This document shows, piece by piece, positions 56,987 through 64,000 of a DNA stretch of 64,000 bases; positions within the stretch are counted from its first letter, which is position 1, and the number at the start of each line of letters is the position of its first letter. Below the pieces are notes generated by a model. The model did not search any database, was not told where the DNA came from, and was given only the letters and a program-made list of their open reading frames with translations. The DNA comes from Candidatus Sulfotelmatobacter sp. Its GTDB lineage: Bacteria; Acidobacteriota; Terriglobia; Terriglobales; Acidobacteriaceae. The stretch spans positions 2,655-66,654 of the forward strand of contig DATMOO010000150.1 in assembly GCA_035568275.1 (NCBI GenBank), in the 5' to 3' direction. The translations under genes were made by a program, and so were the position numbers.

Positions 56987-57756
56987 AAGATCTCAGTCAG
57001 CCCTCCACCCCGATCGACGACCAACTGCAGGTTGCCCAAGTGCAGGCCGTCGCGGAAACCTGGTCTCCGCAGCACGTTCTAAGTTGGGCATTCCGGACGT
57101 TTGGCAAGAAAGTAGCCATCTCGTCGGCATTCGGCGTGGAAGGAATGGTGCTGATCGACATGGCGTCGCGCATCAGCAAGAACTTCCGCCTGTTCACAAT
57201 CGATACAGAGTTCCTGTTCGCGGAAACCTACAACCTGATGGACCGGATCGAAGAGAAGTACGGAATCACCATCGAAAGGGTTTACTCCACGCTCTCGCCG
57301 GAAGAGCAACAGCGAGTGCACGGCGAGGCTTTATGGACCAGCAACCCCGATCTATGCTGCAATCTGCGCAAGGTCGAACCGCTGCGCCGCAAGCTAGACG
57401 AATTGAGTGCGTGGATCACGAGCATCCGTCGCGATCAAACATCAGTACGTTCGGGAGCGAAGCGAATCGAGTGGGATGCGAAGTTCGGTCTGGTGAAAGT
57501 CAACCCCATTGTGGACTGGACGTCGAAGCAAGTGTGGCGCTACATCCATGACCATGATGTCCCGTACAACGCGCTTCACGATCAGGACTATCCCAGTATC
57601 GGCTGCACTCATTGCACCCGCGCTGTCAGGCCCGGAGAAGACCCGCGCGCCGGCCGTTGGCCCGGCTTTAACAAGACTGAGTGCGGGCTGCACATCATCG
57701 AGCCGCTTCCAGCATCGTCACAGGTGCAAGCGGCGACCGCAGAAGGCGGCGATTAA
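56983..57756 (+). CDS. cysH: Adenylylsulfate (APS)/PAPS reductase, thioredoxin-dependent, Fe-S type
   Basis: PAPS_reduct fold with C-terminal KTECGLH. The CC pair (LCCNLRKVEPL) plus CxxC (GCTHCT) are the [4Fe-4S] ligands typical of APS-specific CysH enzymes. Confidence 0.9.
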   Translation: MKDLSQPSTPIDDQLQVAQVQAVAETWSPQHVLSWAFRTFGKKVAISSAFGVEGMVLIDMASRISKNFRLFTIDTEFLFAETYNLMDRIEEKYGITIERVYSTLSPEEQQRVHGEALWTSNPDLCCNLRKVEPLRRKLDELSAWITSIRRDQTSVRSGAKRIEWDAKFGLVKVNPIVDWTSKQVWRYIHDHDVPYNALHDQDYPSIGCTHCTRAVRPGEDPRAGRWPGFNKTECGLHIIEPLPASSQVQAATAEGGD

Positions 57757-57765
57757 CATCGGCAC

Positions 57766-59211
57766 CTACCCGGCCTCACAGAACGCGCTGGAAATTCCTC
57801 CCCAGTCGCGCGCCGGCTCGAGTTTGGGAAAGAAGACGCTGTGGAGGCGGCGCACCGATTCTTCAGCCTTCGACTCATCGACTAGGAACGATAAAGTGCG
57901 TTCCGATGCCCCCTGGCAAAGAACGCGTACATCCATGTCGGAAACGGTCGCGAAGAGCTGGCTCGCCACTTCTGGTTGACGCCGGATATTCTCCCCGACG
58001 AGACAAACGAGTGCCTTATGATTCTCCCATCGTACGTCGGCGACTTGCTGCAGATCCTCGACAATCTTCGGCAGCGCTACGTTCGAACCAACCAACAGTG
58101 AGATTCGGTCGACCGAAGTCCCCATCACATCCACCGCACAGGTGTACTGCTCAAGCACCCCAAACACGGTATTCAGCAAAGCAGCATCGACCCCGCGCCG
58201 CGACTGGATTTCGAGCGAGACAATATTTCGTTTTGCGGTGATGGCGCTTACGCGGTTTCCCGTGCTCGCACGCGCCATAATTTCAGTTCCATGTCCCTCG
58301 GGGTGCCGCGAGTTCAACACATAAACAGGGATGTTCTCTCGCATTGCCGGCGCAAGAGTTGCCGGATGCAGTACCTTGGCTCCAAAGTGCGCCAGGTCAG
58401 CAGCTTCATCGAAGCTTAGCTTGCGGATCACGCGCGCATCGGAACAGATCTTCGGGTCCGTCGTCATGACTCCGTCAACATCCGTCCAGATCTCGACTCG
58501 CGACGCTCCTACGGCCGCTCCGACAATCGCAGCGCTGCAGTCCGACCCGCCGCGCCCCAGGGTGGTGGGAACTCCGTCAATGGTCGAGGCAATAAAGCCA
58601 CCAAGAACTGGAATGCTCCCCGCCTGCAGAAGAGGATTCAAAACGTCTCGAAGGCGCTGATTGGTTACGTCCCACAGCGGACTTGCTTGTCCGTGGCGCG
58701 CATCGGTGACGATGCAACTGCGCGCATCAACATGCGCAGCCTGCAACCCGGCTTCGCAGAGCGCCCAGCTGACCAGCCTGCTCGAGAAGCATTCCCCAAA
58801 GCTCAGCAATCGATCCTGTGCCTTAAGGTCAAAGTAACGGGAGGTTTCCAGATCGTGTAGGAACGATTCCAATGCTTGTAATTCGCCGCGCAGCTCTCGG
58901 TCCAGCGAGCCATACGCCGAAGCGCTGAGAAGCGAATCAGCCAACTCCTCGTGGCGAACGTAAATGTTTCGAACCGTTGCGAGAGCCGATCCCAAATGGC
59001 CCTTAGCAGCGGCATGCCCGGCCTCCAACAGGTGGTCGGTAACTTTCGCCAGCGCGCTAATAATTAACACCGGCTTTGCGCCTAGTCTGCCGTCAACAAT
59101 GCTGATGACTCGTCGAATAGCGGCTACGTCCTCGACAGACGTCCCGCCGAATTTCATGACCACCACATCCTCGCCGCGTTCAAATCTGCTTTGTCGCTGT
59201 GAACCGCTCAT
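57766..59211 (-). CDS. lysC: Aspartate kinase (monofunctional, with C-terminal ACT domains)
   Basis: VVMKFGGTSV, ...VLGGFIASTIDGVPTTLGRGGSDCSAA... and ...IWTDVDGVMTTDP are present. The ATG at 59211 has GGAG 11 nt upstream. Confidence 0.9.
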   Translation of the reverse strand: MSGSQRQSRFERGEDVVVMKFGGTSVEDVAAIRRVISIVDGRLGAKPVLIISALAKVTDHLLEAGHAAAKGHLGSALATVRNIYVRHEELADSLLSASAYGSLDRELRGELQALESFLHDLETSRYFDLKAQDRLLSFGECFSSRLVSWALCEAGLQAAHVDARSCIVTDARHGQASPLWDVTNQRLRDVLNPLLQAGSIPVLGGFIASTIDGVPTTLGRGGSDCSAAIVGAAVGASRVEIWTDVDGVMTTDPKICSDARVIRKLSFDEAADLAHFGAKVLHPATLAPAMRENIPVYVLNSRHPEGHGTEIMARASTGNRVSAITAKRNIVSLEIQSRRGVDAALLNTVFGVLEQYTCAVDVMGTSVDRISLLVGSNVALPKIVEDLQQVADVRWENHKALVCLVGENIRRQPEVASQLFATVSDMDVRVLCQGASERTLSFLVDESKAEESVRRLHSVFFPKLEPARDWGGISSAFCEAG

Positions 59212-59238
59212 GTTCTTTCAGCTCCATTCTTAGAAATC

Positions 59239-59283
59239 GCCCAAAAGCAAAACCCACCGCCAGATTGCTTCTGGCGGTGGGTT
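59239..59283 (-). terminator. Intrinsic terminator / attenuator hairpin in the aspartate kinase leader
   Basis: The same 14-bp arms (AACCCACCGCCAGA / TCTGGCGGTGGGTT) with a 5-nt loop, followed on the minus strand by TTTTGCTTTTGG. It lies 27 nt upstream of the lysC ATG. Confidence 0.65.
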
Positions 59284-59315
59284 TCGGTGATCTTGCTTAA
59301 GATTGCTTTACTTCA

Positions 59316-59411
59316 TCATCCGTTCCCGTCCTCCAGAAGGCACGTAATTCGTGTCGACATGCCTGTGCCTGTCGATGTAATTCGCTTCGCCTTCTGGACG
59401 AGGGTGCTCAT
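59316..59411 (-). CDS. Putative leader peptide (31 codons) rich in aspartate-family residues, upstream of aspartate kinase
   Basis: Hand translation of the minus strand gives MSTLVQKAKRITSTGTGMSTRITCLLEDGNG-TGA. It contains 6 Thr, 2 Ile, 2 Lys and 1 internal Met. There is no obvious SD. Confidence 0.35.
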   Translation of the reverse strand: MSTLVQKAKRITSTGTGMSTRITCLLEDGNG

Positions 59412-59515
59412 GAAATCAGGAACTGCAAAAACGCACAATGAGAATATCGGACAGATGCCGTCCAGGTTAAATTCAAAATTGTGATGTTACGAATCGAAAT
59501 TTCAGGTTCCGGCTG

Positions 59516-60418
59516 CTAGGCATCCACCTTCTTCATATGCGTCGCAAACTGCCGTAAAAGGGCCACAAATGCAGTCGATGCCACCGAAAGCGTGCGGTCG
59601 CGACGGTACGCCAGTCCCAGTTCACGATAGAGTTCCGCATCTTCAAGGTCGATTAACTTAACCCGTCCTGCATCCACTTCGTCGCGAGCAAACGACGCGC
59701 TGATGAGTGATACCCCCAGATCGGCTGCCACAAAGCTCTTGATCATCCCAATGCTCGGTAACTCCATCCGCACCTGCAGTTCAGCATTGTGCGGCCGGAA
59801 CAGCTTGTCCAGAAGCCTGCGCGTGTGACCGGTCTTCGGAAACAGCAGCGGATGCTTCACGATCTCGCTAACCGGCACGACTTTGTGCTTGGCCAGCGGA
59901 TTCTTCGGGCTCACCATCAGCATCAGTTTGTCGCGAAAAATTGGCTGGATCTTCAGGCTGGGAGACTGAATCGGCAGCGTCAGAATGCCCACTTCCACCG
60001 CGCCGTTTTCGAGTTTCTCCACGATCTTGTAGCTGAAATTGCGATAGATGCTGATCTGCACCGGGGGATACCGCCGGCAGTATTCCGCAAAAACCTCCGG
60101 CAGGACATACAAACAAGTGGCCTCGTTGGCCCCGACGCGCAGGGTGCCGCGAGGAGTGGTGCTGTGGTCGGCAACCGCTGTGAGCGACTCATCCCGCAGA
60201 TTCTTAAGGCGCTCGGCGTACTCGTAGAAAATTTGTCCGGCGGGCGTCAGCTTCACGGTTTTGCCAGAGCGGTCGAGCAGGCGGTCACCGTATTCCTGCT
60301 CCAGTTGGCGGATCTGCGCGCTGACCGCCGACTGTGAACGAAACACCTTTTCCCCCGCACGGGAAAAACTGCCCTGTCTGGCGACTTCCAGGAAGGTAAT
60401 GAGTTGATCAAAGTCCAT
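59516..60418 (-). CDS. LysR-family transcriptional regulator, divergent from gltB (GltC-like arrangement)
   Basis: N-terminal HTH (FDQLITFLEVARQGSFSRAGEKVFRSQSAVSAQIRQLE) and a LysR substrate-binding domain. Confidence 0.85.
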   Translation of the reverse strand: MDFDQLITFLEVARQGSFSRAGEKVFRSQSAVSAQIRQLEQEYGDRLLDRSGKTVKLTPAGQIFYEYAERLKNLRDESLTAVADHSTTPRGTLRVGANEATCLYVLPEVFAEYCRRYPPVQISIYRNFSYKIVEKLENGAVEVGILTLPIQSPSLKIQPIFRDKLMLMVSPKNPLAKHKVVPVSEIVKHPLLFPKTGHTRRLLDKLFRPHNAELQVRMELPSIGMIKSFVAADLGVSLISASFARDEVDAGRVKLIDLEDAELYRELGLAYRRDRTLSVASTAFVALLRQFATHMKKVDA

Positions 60419-60664
60419 GGGTTGGCGGAATTATAGCGGAGTCGCTTCGAAATAGCGGTTAATTCCTGAGCGTCTGCACGCTGCCGCTCGCCCGGAATTT
60501 TGCATGCGAGCCATCGAAATTCTGCATTGTACTTTGCGGCCTCATAAGCCATTAAATAGAGTCGGAACCATAGTCCTGAGCAGAAGTGTGCCGTGTAGAA
60601 TAGCCTCGCCGGTGCGCCCAAGAACAGGTGATCCAGACATCTTTCATTCCGCACGACGGAGTCC

Positions 60665-64000
<3,336 letters not shown>

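Noticed and set aside
59212-59515. A lysine (L-box) riboswitch upstream of aspartate kinase.
   Set aside because: I could not find the conserved L-box core elements or the multi-helix junction by eye. Only a single strong hairpin is evident. An Rfam scan would be needed to be sure.

Overview
This 64-kb window is an ordinary chromosomal region with no rRNA or tRNA genes, no CRISPR array and no recognisable mobile element. Gene content suggests an Acidobacteria (Terriglobia-like) genome. That is an inference from the ~1200-aa TonB-dependent receptor with a carboxypeptidase-regulatory-like N-terminus, the glycoside-hydrolase load and the kdp layout. Contents in order:
- cusB (5'-truncated, with a YHS/TRASH tail) and cusA, a heavy-metal RND efflux pair.
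- An unassigned ~450-nt unit ending in a strong minus-strand terminator.
- A Crp/Fnr regulator and two secreted or membrane hypothetical proteins.
- A small 4-TM protein, then an ammonium transporter preceded by a 60-aa membrane ORF.
- A complete minus-strand kdp locus: kdpD N-terminal sensor, kdpE, two small ORFs, a 28-codon ORF, kdpF, kdpA, kdpB, kdpC. The KdpD kinase half is encoded divergently.
- An acyl-CoA synthetase and an MFS transporter.
- An L-rhamnose catabolic operon (rhaI-rhaB-rhaEW-rhaM-rhaT).
- A PUL-like rhamnoside locus: hybrid IclR-HTH/sugar-binding regulator, TonB-dependent receptor, TPR protein, clan GH-A hydrolase, AraA-family isomerase, GH78 and a GH106-like rhamnosidase.
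- Tandem DUF4440 genes (one decayed) and a decayed ferredoxin-like gene stub.
- A BNR sialidase-like protein, a ROK kinase and a GH38 alpha-mannosidase.
- A sulfite-reduction/siroheme/APS-reductase operon.
- Aspartate kinase, a LysR regulator and the 5' part of gltB.

The most interesting signals are regulatory and lie outside the ORF track:
1. A near-leaderless 31-codon ORF with 9 Cys codons, followed by a perfect terminator hairpin, sits directly upstream of the cysteine-pathway operon. I read it as a candidate Cys-sensing transcription attenuator.
2. A second 31-codon ORF rich in Thr, Ile, Lys and Met sits upstream of aspartate kinase. It has the same geometry and an identical 14-bp terminator stem.
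3. A 17-bp near-palindromic motif recurs in the rhamnose-locus promoter regions.
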